From the IMG/VR virus record IMGVR_UViG_3300045988_081319: a DNA stretch of 58,037 bases; one strand, given 5' to 3'. The translations under genes and the position numbers were made by a program. Of this stretch, positions 1-6,986 are shown piece after piece (within the stretch, counting starts at the first letter, position 1; every line of letters starts with the position of its first letter). The DNA is from a virus. A model generated the notes under the pieces. It ran no database searches and had not been told where the DNA came from. It was given only the letters and a program-made list of their open reading frames with translations.

Positions 1-22
1 TTTGTTCTTTCCTACAATTATA
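1..22. repeat. Terminal overlap, copy 1 (identical to 58016-58037)
   Basis: tttgttctttcctacaattata is read at both window ends. Confidence 0.85.
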
Positions 23-50
23 TTATACTGCATTATCTTATAATAGTCAA
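22..50 (-). promoter_or_regulatory. sigma70-type promoter firing leftwards across the circular junction into the 57986->52692 operon
   Basis: Minus strand TTGACT (50..45), 17-nt spacer, TATAAT (27..22). It is part of a 64-bp repeat shared with 40934-40997. Confidence 0.6.
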
Positions 51-92
51 TAGGTACAGCTTAAAAATTTGAGTTATTTTGAGAAGAAACGC

Positions 93-121
93 AAAAAAAC
101 CGCCTCCCCGAAGGGAAGCGG
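93..121 (-). terminator. Rho-independent terminator ending the structural/lysis operon
   Basis: Minus strand CCGCTTCCC-TTCG-GGGAGGCGG followed by TTTTTTT, just downstream of the holin-like gene stop. Confidence 0.8.
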
Positions 122-137
122 CTTTGCGTATCAGTAT

Positions 138-530
138 TTACTTGTTCAGCTTCGCAAAAGTGACTTCATAGCTACCGTATGCCATCAGTGCCGAAACGAG
201 CGCGTTCACAGCGGCCAGAAGAGCTGACTGTACCGTAAGACCGGTTGTGAACGCAGTCGCTGCAATCATTACGGCAAGCGACACGATGTAGGCGAAGGCC
301 CGCGTGGGAATCTTCCATACTTTATCAAGCGGAACCTTGAAGAGTTGTACGAACAGCAGCGTAAACGCAGCCGCGCCCGCAATCGTGGCGAGGTACGACC
401 AAGTGAACGGCTCCCCGGCGTTTACGTCAGGGACCGTCACGACAGTCGTTTCTTCGGCCAGCGCCGCAAACGGCAGAGCCATTGCGAACAGCAGCAGGAG
501 GGTAAACAGGAAGCAGAGAATCCTTTTCAT
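138..530 (-). CDS. Putative holin (multi-pass membrane protein, last gene of lysis cassette)
   Basis: 130 aa with a hydrophobic N-terminus plus about 3 further TM segments. Position directly after the endolysin and XhlA-like gene. Confidence 0.6.
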   Translation of the reverse strand: MKRILCFLFTLLLLFAMALPFAALAEETTVVTVPDVNAGEPFTWSYLATIAGAAAFTLLFVQLFKVPLDKVWKIPTRAFAYIVSLAVMIAATAFTTGLTVQSALLAAVNALVSALMAYGSYEVTFAKLNK

Positions 531-551
531 GATTTTCCTACCTTTCCGGCC

Positions 552-860
552 TTATTTCAGGCCAATCTGAGTAAAGATGAATGTAAGCACGGCGGTGATG
601 ATCGCCGTAATTACCACGGTTGTGGCGCTGTCCCACTTCTTCGAGGGCTTGGTCTTCAGCTCTTCCACGTCGTCCGCCAGAGAATCGACCTTTGTCTCGG
701 TGTTTTTTTGCGCCATTGTCAGACGTTCCAGCGAGAGGGCGAGCTTGTGAACGCTTTCAGTGAGCTTCTCCTGCTCATCCAGTCGCCTGCTGATGTTGCT
801 GATCTGTTCTTCCATGTGCGCCTGCTTTTCAAGCATGGCATCGTGCGTATTCTCGGCCAT
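552..860 (-). CDS. xhlA: XhlA-like lysis-associated membrane protein
   Basis: 102 aa with an N-terminal coiled coil and a single C-terminal TM (TTVVITAIITAVLTFIFTQIGL). This architecture and position are typical of the XhlA family. Confidence 0.7.
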   Translation of the reverse strand: MAENTHDAMLEKQAHMEEQISNISRRLDEQEKLTESVHKLALSLERLTMAQKNTETKVDSLADDVEELKTKPSKKWDSATTVVITAIITAVLTFIFTQIGLK

Positions 861-919
861 CGTTCAAATCCTCCACATTTCGCCCGCAGAAACGGGCGGA
901 ATGCCCGTCCGGGCTATTT

Positions 920-2503
920 TTAGCCCACGGTTACGGAATCGACTTCGGCGAGCGTACCACCATACTGCTCAAAGAGCTTGCGGAGCGTGGCCTCGTCGCC
1001 GCTGACGATCAGAACGAAGGAACGAACGGGGTCATTGCCCGTGTCATCCGGGACATTGCCATCCGGCTCCTTCGGTGCATTCAGCGCATCGGTCAGCGCC
1101 TTATAGGTCGCTTCGTCGAGCACACCGGTCTGGTTCAGACCTTTGGCGGCTTGGAAAGCGGCGACGGCTTTCTGCGTTTCAGAACCGAAATCGCCATCTG
1201 CGCCGTACTTCGGCAGAGTTTGGTCCAACGCCAGCAGCGCGTTCTGCAATTCCTTCACATCGTCGCCCTTAGCACCCTTGGAGAGAGGAAGGCGGTCGCC
1301 GATCTTCTTCTTGGTGGATTCAGGCTGGGAGACGGTTCCATCTGCGGCATAGGTCAGCATAGACGCAGGGAGCTTGCCCCAATGCGTCCAAGGGCCTTCG
1401 CTTACCTTGCGCTTTACGCAATCGTAGGCGAAGCCGCGCATCTCCACGGTGTAGCCATTGCCAACGTATACGCCGATGTGGCCGGATTTCCAGACGACAA
1501 TGCCGGGAATATCCGGAATGGAGGAAATCGGCCCGGATTCCTTGCACAGCGCAAACATACTGTTCGCGCCCTTGTCCGGGCAGCCATTGGCGCCGTACTT
1601 CGGGGTGGCGTTGAGGTCGCCATTTTTCCAGAAGAACGCCTTAATCAGTCCGACGCAATCTGCACAGGTGCAGCCGTTTGCGATGTCCTTCATGTAGCCG
1701 TTCTTACGGCTGGCGGTATAATGCGCAGGGTACTGCTTCGCCTTGCTCTCGTACTTGCTCTGCGTGCACTTGTTGCCGTAGGTTCCGTACCAGTAGACCC
1801 ACTTTGCCTCGAACACCTTCAGGGCGAACTCCGCGAGCCGTATATTGGTAAACATTTTCTTTACACTTCCCTCTGTTTCGTCCGGGGCTGGAATGGTTTC
1901 GACACCAGTAAAGAAATCAAGCGGCTTGCCGCCTGAAAGCAAGCTCAGGTCAACGTTGCCGTTCACGCCAGCGAGTCTTCCGCAACTGGTGTACTGCCAA
2001 AGCTCATGCGGGCAGCTCGGCTTATACTTGTCAGCCGGAATGTTCCCATCGTTCAGACCCCAGTGCGGAATCCACACGATGTCGCACATGCCAATGGCGG
2101 CGCCAGCCCACTTATAGCGAGTGTTGATGTACAGCCCGATCTTTTTGCAGCCGAGCTTGCGCAGCTCGTCGAGGAACGCGACACAAACTGCTTCCGTGGT
2201 CATCTGTGTCTGAGCTTCATACTCGATGTCGGCAATGAAAAAAGACGGCTGCTTTGCCGCCTTTTCCGTGCAGAACACGAAGTAGCTCGCTTCTCTCCGG
2301 GCTTCCTCTGCCGTCCCAGCTTTGACGTAATGGTACGCACCGAATGGGATACCATGCTGAACGCAGCCTTCCACGTTGCGCAGGTACTTGACGTCCATGC
2401 TGATGCCGCAAGAGGCTCGAAGAATTACAAATTCAAGCTCCGCTGCGGCTTTCGCCCAAACAACATTGCCCTGCCATTTGCTGATGTCAGCAATCTTTTT
2501 CAT
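920..2503 (-). CDS. Multidomain endolysin: GH25 muramidase + NlpC/P60-like peptidase + PG_binding_1
   Basis: GH25-like N-terminus (DISKWQG..FVILRAS..GAYHY), Cys/His peptidase core (CADCVGLIK..GHIGVYVG) and a PG-binding repeat (GDDVKELQ..GADGDFGSETQKAV). Start trimmed to MKKIADI behind GGAAAGGAGAG. Confidence 0.85.
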   Translation of the reverse strand: MKKIADISKWQGNVVWAKAAAELEFVILRASCGISMDVKYLRNVEGCVQHGIPFGAYHYVKAGTAEEARREASYFVFCTEKAAKQPSFFIADIEYEAQTQMTTEAVCVAFLDELRKLGCKKIGLYINTRYKWAGAAIGMCDIVWIPHWGLNDGNIPADKYKPSCPHELWQYTSCGRLAGVNGNVDLSLLSGGKPLDFFTGVETIPAPDETEGSVKKMFTNIRLAEFALKVFEAKWVYWYGTYGNKCTQSKYESKAKQYPAHYTASRKNGYMKDIANGCTCADCVGLIKAFFWKNGDLNATPKYGANGCPDKGANSMFALCKESGPISSIPDIPGIVVWKSGHIGVYVGNGYTVEMRGFAYDCVKRKVSEGPWTHWGKLPASMLTYAADGTVSQPESTKKKIGDRLPLSKGAKGDDVKELQNALLALDQTLPKYGADGDFGSETQKAVAAFQAAKGLNQTGVLDEATYKALTDALNAPKEPDGNVPDDTGNDPVRSFVLIVSGDEATLRKLFEQYGGTLAEVDSVTVG

Positions 2504-2639
2504 GTTCTCGTTTCTTCTCTCCTTTCCGCGAGCGTATAGCCTTGAAGATGCCTTCCGGGTGATGCGTCCAAGCGATTGCGGCAACAGAGATGATGCTGAA
2601 AACGACGAAGAGGAACACAGCGATGCAAAGCTCCTTCAT
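2487..2639 (-). CDS. Small single-TM protein (50 aa), translationally coupled
   Basis: The ATG overlaps the upstream stop (GTATGA). Sequence MKELCIAVFLFVVFSIISVAAIAW is hydrophobic. It overlaps the endolysin start and is below the ORF-track size cutoff. Confidence 0.4.
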   Translation of the reverse strand: MKELCIAVFLFVVFSIISVAAIAWTHHPEGIFKAIRSRKGEKKREHEKDC

Positions 2640-2896
2640 ACGTCAATCACCTCCGCACTGTCGCACCATGCCTCATACCGGCAGCGAATATCGTCTTCAA
2701 GTCCTTGATATGGTACTACGCCCCGAACCACGCGCAAATCTATGTCATACTCATCAACACCGACGTCCGTATGATAGGTCTGCGCCGAAGGTATGAGGTA
2801 CACGTCTACCGTGCCATCTCCGCATGGTTCAATGGCATAAAATTTTCTCGCGGGGTGATCTCTCGGAGAGTTACCGCGATTCTGCGATGCTCTCAT
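2636..2896 (-). CDS. Hypothetical protein
   Basis: ORF with GAAGGGAG 8 nt before MRASQ. Sits between the RT remnant and the lysis genes. Confidence 0.6.
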   Translation of the reverse strand: MRASQNRGNSPRDHPARKFYAIEPCGDGTVDVYLIPSAQTYHTDVGVDEYDIDLRVVRGVVPYQGLEDDIRCRYEAWCDSAEVIDV

Positions 2897-3397
2897 AGGC
2901 TTGCTCCCTTCTTGTGCTGTCGCGTTGCAGGACAATGTTCTCTTCTATCCAGCGGCGCAGATTATAGCCGTTCTTATGCTGTGACATTCCGATATAACTC
3001 CGGATTGTGTCGAGCGCGGAATCCAGATCAATCGCGCCGATGGCGTACATCTCTTCGATGTGTTTCATAGCCCGCTTCGCGTGCCGTACCGTCCGTTTCC
3101 TCGACGGATGCCGTGCGGCGTGATGATACATCCGACAAATTCCACCGGCTGATCTATGCGGCACACGCACGTTTTGTTGTTGAGGCTCAATTTCAGCGCT
3201 GTCCAGAGAAAGTCTTCAATCGCGTCTTTGACAGCTTCGACATCTTCAGCCTTGATAATCAGGTCTACGTCATCCACATAGCGAATATAGTATTTTATTC
3301 CCAGCCTGTGCTTGCAGTATTTGTCCAAGCAGTCAAGATAAGCGTTCGCCGTCTCCTGCGACGTAAGGTTACCAATCGGCAGACCCACATCGTACAA
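2871..3397 (-). pseudogene. DGR reverse transcriptase remnant (N-terminally truncated and frameshifted)
   Basis: GLPIGNLTSQ (DGR-type motif 4) and YIRYVDD (YxDD box) lie in ORF 3065-3397. The C-terminal region (RSYIGMSQHKNGYNLRRW) is in another frame, with the shift near 3099-3106. Motifs 1-3 are absent. Confidence 0.8.
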
Positions 3398-3445
3398 CCG
3401 CTCGGAGCGTGGGCATTCATCGGCGCTTCTGCCGGGAGGCAGCCC

Positions 3446-3478
3446 ATTTCAATCCACGCTCCCCGCACGGGGAGCGAC
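3446..3478 (-). CRISPR. Solitary type I-C-like CRISPR repeat (no array, no cas genes)
   Basis: Minus strand GTCGCTCCCCGTGCGGGGAGCGTGGATTGAAAT. It has the GTCGC start, a 7-bp GC stem (GCTCCCC/GGGGAGC) and the GTGGATTGAAAT tail characteristic of I-C repeats. Confidence 0.75.
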
Positions 3479-3504
3479 AATTGCCGCCGCGCCGGGGAAA
3501 CCGC
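3479..3504 (-). repeat. Remnant of DGR template repeat (first 26 nt only)
   Basis: GCGGTTTCCCCGGCGCGGCGGCAATT is identical to 4211-4236 in the target gene. Similarity stops abruptly at the CRISPR repeat. Confidence 0.7.
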
Positions 3505-3570
3505 AGAAAGCAGAAAGCAGAAACAGAGGCGCGTATTTTGGCGTATTCCCAAGACTAAGGCAGAAAGCGC

Positions 3571-4050
3571 TCAGTCGCACTCTCTGCCGTCGTTCTTATA
3601 CGGTACGGCTTCGACCTTTTGAATCCATGCGTCAAGCATCTTGCCCGTTTCGATCAGCAGACCAGACCACACGCCGTAGGTATGGTCATCGACGAGCCGC
3701 TTCATATCGGTGATCTGAGCGCCGTTTTCATCTTTCGCGGGCTTTCCGCTCACGCGCCGCGTCACCTTGTACTTGGCGCAGTTGCTTCTACGCAGCAGAC
3801 GGAAAAGCGCGGCGAGCCGTGCATCAGCTTCGTGCAAGCTGGTTTTGATGCGGTACTTCCGCTGTGCCATTTCCAGCAGCACTGCAATCTCGTCTATCAG
3901 TTCCGGCATCCGCGTTCCCCGCGTAAAACGGTACTGGCGCGGCCACTGGTTGATCTGGTTCTCGCCATATTCGCAGGCGTCACCAAACTTCTGCTGCACG
4001 GTTGCTTTCATTGCCATTGCCTGACGGCTTTCGGTTTTCTTTTCGCTCAT
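3571..4050 (-). CDS. avd: DGR accessory variability determinant (Avd-like)
   Basis: 159 aa, basic and helical, with an Avd-like C-terminal motif ETGKMLDAWIQK. Canonical position between VR and TR. Confidence 0.7.
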   Translation of the reverse strand: MSEKKTESRQAMAMKATVQQKFGDACEYGENQINQWPRQYRFTRGTRMPELIDEIAVLLEMAQRKYRIKTSLHEADARLAALFRLLRRSNCAKYKVTRRVSGKPAKDENGAQITDMKRLVDDHTYGVWSGLLIETGKMLDAWIQKVEAVPYKNDGRECD

Positions 4051-4076
4051 ATCATCATCCTCTCAACGGGAGACGA

Positions 4077-4098
4077 GGGCGACGCTCCTGCGCCGCCC
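4077..4098 (-). promoter_or_regulatory. GC-rich hairpin immediately downstream of VR
   Basis: Minus strand GGGCGGCGC-AGGA-GCGTCGCCC (9 bp including one G.U, tetraloop), 9 nt after the target stop. It resembles the VR-flanking hairpin of the BPP-1 DGR. Confidence 0.5.
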
Positions 4099-4106
4099 TT
4101 CAGTTT

Positions 4107-4236
4107 TCAGGTTTCAAGGAAGCCGCCGCGCACGCCAAGGGCCACGCCCGCGTACGAGCGCGGGCTGAGCGAGGACACATAGCCCAGCCCAGCGTTCGAC
4201 GTGTTGCTGTAATTGCCGCCGCGCCGGGGAAACCGC
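4107..4236 (-). repeat. DGR variable repeat (VR) at the 3' end of the target gene
   Basis: Begins with the 26-mer shared with the TR remnant. Encodes GGNYSNTSNAGLGYVSS..GVRGGF with Asn/Ser/Tyr-rich positions. The extent towards the stop codon is inferred. Confidence 0.65.
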
Positions 4237-5318
4237 TCGCCCTGAGCAAACTGCATGTAGCAGTAGCCCTGCGTCGTATCGCCAGGCGTCGGGAACAGAC
4301 CGAGTTCATACAGGAGCGCGGGCACATACGGGATGTTCGCGGAATTGACTGCGAGGTCTTTGAAGGACGTTCCGCGATACTCACTGTCGAACGTCGGCGC
4401 CACGGTATCCAGCGTGATTTTGCTGTTTGCCCACGTCCAGTGCAGCGTACCGGACGTGCCGGGAGCCACGAGGGTATGGCCGTTGTTCGCAGAGTTCGGC
4501 AGGATTGCCTTCCAAGCGGCGCTGCTGGCAGACAAGTCAGCGGAGGGGTCGGCGGCGTTGTTGTTTTCAAGCACCTGCAATTCGCCATCATAGATTCTGT
4601 AACCGTAATCCTGATCGAAGCAGTTGCCATTCACATCGTCAATGCCGCTGATCGTTCCATCAAGCCGCCAAGATGCGGGGCCGGAACCCGTCAGCGTATT
4701 GTAGCCGCGATAGCTATTGTCCGCACTGTACTGAGAGGCAACAGGCGTACCGCCGACATGCTTGCCCTTCTTCCAGTAGCCAACATCCTCCGAAGGAAGA
4801 TGCTCCGCGCTGGTCGTATGAGCTACGAGGGCGGTATACTCCCAGCTGCGAAAAACACGCTTGTCGCCAACGGCGACGCTCTTATTCAGTTCGAAAGAGG
4901 TGCCATCGCGGTAATCAACGCCATAAGCGTTGTTACCCTTCGGAACCCAGCCGTTCTTCTTGGCGAGCAGCAGAATCAGGCCGCTGTCTGCACAGGTTTT
5001 CGGGCCGAAGCCAGTACCGCAGGCTTTAATCTTTGCAAGCAACTGATCGGCGCCCGTGTTGACCAGCGGCGGCATGTTGGGGATGGAATGGCAGGCTTCG
5101 TTATGGCTGCTGCCTTTGAAGACGGCAATCAGGCGGCGGTCGATTTCCTGACCGTTGACGATGAACGCCGGGTGCGTATGCTCCGGAAGGCTCGCGTCGA
5201 GGTCAGAGCTTTTGCACTTGTAGATGGGATAAAAGAAATTGGGCGTACCATCGTCAGCATACTTGACGACCCAGCCCATTTCCTGAGCGAAGCGCTCAAT
5301 GGAATCGTGCAGTCCCAT
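4107..5318 (-). CDS. DGR target: receptor-binding tail fibre protein with C-type-lectin-like variable C-terminus (Mtd-like)
   Basis: 403 aa. C-terminus RRGGNYSNTSNAGLGYVSSLSPRSYAGVALGVRGGF resembles the CLec/FGE-type DGR variable fold. Follows the tail-fibre genes. Confidence 0.8.
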   Translation of the reverse strand: MGLHDSIERFAQEMGWVVKYADDGTPNFFYPIYKCKSSDLDASLPEHTHPAFIVNGQEIDRRLIAVFKGSSHNEACHSIPNMPPLVNTGADQLLAKIKACGTGFGPKTCADSGLILLLAKKNGWVPKGNNAYGVDYRDGTSFELNKSVAVGDKRVFRSWEYTALVAHTTSAEHLPSEDVGYWKKGKHVGGTPVASQYSADNSYRGYNTLTGSGPASWRLDGTISGIDDVNGNCFDQDYGYRIYDGELQVLENNNAADPSADLSASSAAWKAILPNSANNGHTLVAPGTSGTLHWTWANSKITLDTVAPTFDSEYRGTSFKDLAVNSANIPYVPALLYELGLFPTPGDTTQGYCYMQFAQGERFPRRGGNYSNTSNAGLGYVSSLSPRSYAGVALGVRGGFLET

Positions 5319-5467
5319 TATTCAGCGCCTCCCATCAATTCCACGAGTTCCTGATACTCTTCCGCAGTGATGCGGTCGGCCATCAGAAACACGTCGAGCT
5401 TCTGCAAGGTCTTTTCACGGTCATAGCCGCCCTTGGTGATGATGCGCTTCATCAGCTTGTAAGTCAT
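5318..5467 (-). CDS. XkdX-like small phage protein
   Basis: MTYKLMKRII...ITAEEYQELV. GGAGG lies 9 nt upstream. Paralog of 5544-5702. Confidence 0.55.
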   Translation of the reverse strand: MTYKLMKRIITKGGYDREKTLQKLDVFLMADRITAEEYQELVELMGGAE

Positions 5468-5543
5468 GTTCATTTCCTCCAATCTTGCAAGGTCGCGTTT
5501 GAACTGCCTCTCGGCAAAGAAAAAGGCGATGCTGTCGATGATC

Positions 5544-5702
5544 TTATTCATCGGGCATCATCGCCACGAGTTCCTGATACTCCGTCGCCGTCAGCCGGTC
5601 GGCGGCAAGAAAAGCGTCCAGCTTATCCATCGTCGCAGCCCGGTTCAGCGTGCCGTTTTTGACGTCCCGCGCAATGATACGCTTCATGAGCTTATACGCC
5701 AT
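5544..5702 (-). CDS. XkdX-like small phage protein (paralog)
   Basis: MAYKLMKRII...LTATEYQELV behind a GGAGAGGAGG RBS. Confidence 0.55.
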   Translation of the reverse strand: MAYKLMKRIIARDVKNGTLNRAATMDKLDAFLAADRLTATEYQELVAMMPDE

Positions 5703-5967
5703 CGTTCGATTCCTCCTCTCCGCCGATTGCACTGATCGTCATCTCATACAGCATTTCAGCCATGAGATCGTCGTGCTCTGCAATGGTTTCCGTGTTAGCC
5801 TTTTGCCGAGCAGCAAAAGCCTTGTAGGGTGCAAGCTCCGCTTCCGAGCGAGCTTCGCGTTCCGCTTCCCACTCCGCGATCTGCTCAGGCGTCGGCGGGG
5901 CCGGAAACGGCTCGCTTGTTGCCTGCGCGTCTTGCGACGTGCCAAGCGCTTCTTTGTTGTCCGTCAT
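5692..5967 (-). CDS. Hypothetical acidic protein (XkdW position)
   Basis: ORF trimmed to MTDNKE behind AAAGGAGAAGG. Lies between the fibre and XkdX-like genes. Confidence 0.6.
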   Translation of the reverse strand: MTDNKEALGTSQDAQATSEPFPAPPTPEQIAEWEAEREARSEAELAPYKAFAARQKANTETIAEHDDLMAEMLYEMTISAIGGEEESNDGV

Positions 5968-6001
5968 TTGAAGCCTTCTCCTTTCTTGCCATGGTGAGCG
6001 G

Positions 6002-6634
6002 TTAGGACGAAAGTGCATCGAGCTTCGCCTCGACAGCGGTCAATCGCTGTTCATTCGCACGGTGCGCAGCATAGTTCACAGACTGCATTGCGTCCATGAA
6101 GACAAGCATTGCCGCGATGTCAAGATTGGACGGGACTTCAAGATTGGTGCGGGCCGCCGCCTTCGTCGTCGCTCCCGTGCCGCCCTTCATAACGGGAACG
6201 GCTGCTGACAGTTGCGCAGGGTTGAGCGCCGTCACGTTGATGGTGATGTTGCCGCTACCGTCAAACGTCACGCCCTCCGCAGTAGCTCCGCCAGAGATGG
6301 CGATGGTTCTCGGATTCGCCAATTTGTCGGCTTTCCCTGCGCTGTCGGCTTTGCCGTGCAAATCCAGCTTCGCGGCGTCAAGGCTGTCCAGCGTGTGGTC
6401 GCTGTAACCGAGTTTCAGCATGACGAGAGTGTACAGCAGATCAAGCATCGAATGTGCGGCCAAGATGCCCTGCTCGGCGTTGTTGAAATTGGTGGCCGAC
6501 ATAGGCGTACCTTGCTGAATGACGTCTCCGGGGGACGGGACAAGTGTCAGCGTGCCGTCAGCATTCTTCTTGACTTCAAAGGTCTTGGGGCGCTGCACAA
6601 CGTGGTCTTTCCAGTCAGTCGGTGTATAAGCCAT
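6002..6634 (-). CDS. Tail fibre protein
   Basis: N-terminus MAYTPTDWKD and the fibre motif PVMKGGTGATTKAAARTNL, with a C-terminal coiled coil. Confidence 0.75.
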   Translation of the reverse strand: MAYTPTDWKDHVVQRPKTFEVKKNADGTLTLVPSPGDVIQQGTPMSATNFNNAEQGILAAHSMLDLLYTLVMLKLGYSDHTLDSLDAAKLDLHGKADSAGKADKLANPRTIAISGGATAEGVTFDGSGNITINVTALNPAQLSAAVPVMKGGTGATTKAAARTNLEVPSNLDIAAMLVFMDAMQSVNYAAHRANEQRLTAVEAKLDALSS

Positions 6635-6655
6635 GTTCTTTCCCTCCTTTCAGCC

Positions 6656-6961
6656 TCAAGATTCGGTAATCGTGAAGGCGAAGCGGTAGAGAATGCCCTC
6701 CTGCACAGCTTTGCGGGAAATACTCTCTGCCTTGCTCGCCCAGAGGCTTCCGTTGTGGTCGTAGAGCTGGACCTCCGTGACGATAATATCGCCCGGCAAA
6801 GTATGGTCAATGATGAAGGTGATGCCCACACGGCCATCAGACATGATCCTCGCATCCCTGATTTCTGCCTTGTGGTATGCTCCATTGACCTTGTACTGCG
6901 CGTAGTGAATGTTGTCCTTGATGCAATTCTTCAGAGCGGTCAGCGCCGTATTCGTCAGCAT
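6656..6961 (-). CDS. Hypothetical baseplate/fibre-associated protein
   Basis: ORF trimmed to MLTNTAL behind AAGGAAGGAG. Position between the XkdU-like gene and the fibre. Confidence 0.55.
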   Translation of the reverse strand: MLTNTALTALKNCIKDNIHYAQYKVNGAYHKAEIRDARIMSDGRVGITFIIDHTLPGDIIVTEVQLYDHNGSLWASKAESISRKAVQEGILYRFAFTITES

Positions 6962-6986
6962 CAGTTCCGTCACTCCTTCCTTGTCG

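Noticed and set aside
1-22. Physical direct terminal repeats (DTR) or a cos end of the virion DNA.
   Set aside because: 22 nt is too short for a DTR, and it falls in the middle of a promoter module that has a continuous homolog at 40934-40997. It is most simply an assembler overlap of a circular contig.
860-920. Hairpins between the endolysin and XhlA-like genes as a terminator.
   Set aside because: GC stems such as CGCCCG/CGGGCG are present but have no U-tract, and the downstream gene is clearly co-transcribed. These are at most a processing or stability element.
3295-3552. 85-aa minus-strand ORF spanning the CRISPR repeat and the TR remnant.
   Set aside because: It has a TTG start and no RBS. 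Its sequence is read through the repeat and out of frame with the RT, and it is Arg-rich junk at the C-terminus. The region is better explained as non-coding junction sequence.
3398-3570. A CRISPR mini-array or full array.
   Set aside because: Only one repeat copy exists. The sequence one spacer-length downstream (GTCGCAGGAGACGG...) shares only the GTCGC pentamer. I found no second copy of the repeat's distinctive GC stem-loop or GTGGATTGAAAT tail on either strand when scanning by eye, and there are no cas genes.
4002-5354. Long plus-strand ORFs antisense to minus-strand genes, for example 4002-5354, 7667-8899, 13026-14453, 18321-20168, 24247-25905, 30248-31516 and 43630-45021.
   Set aside because: These are shadow ORFs of GC-rich coding DNA. 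They are Arg/Ala/Gly-rich and low in complexity, have no RBS, and each fully overlaps a minus-strand gene with clear family motifs.
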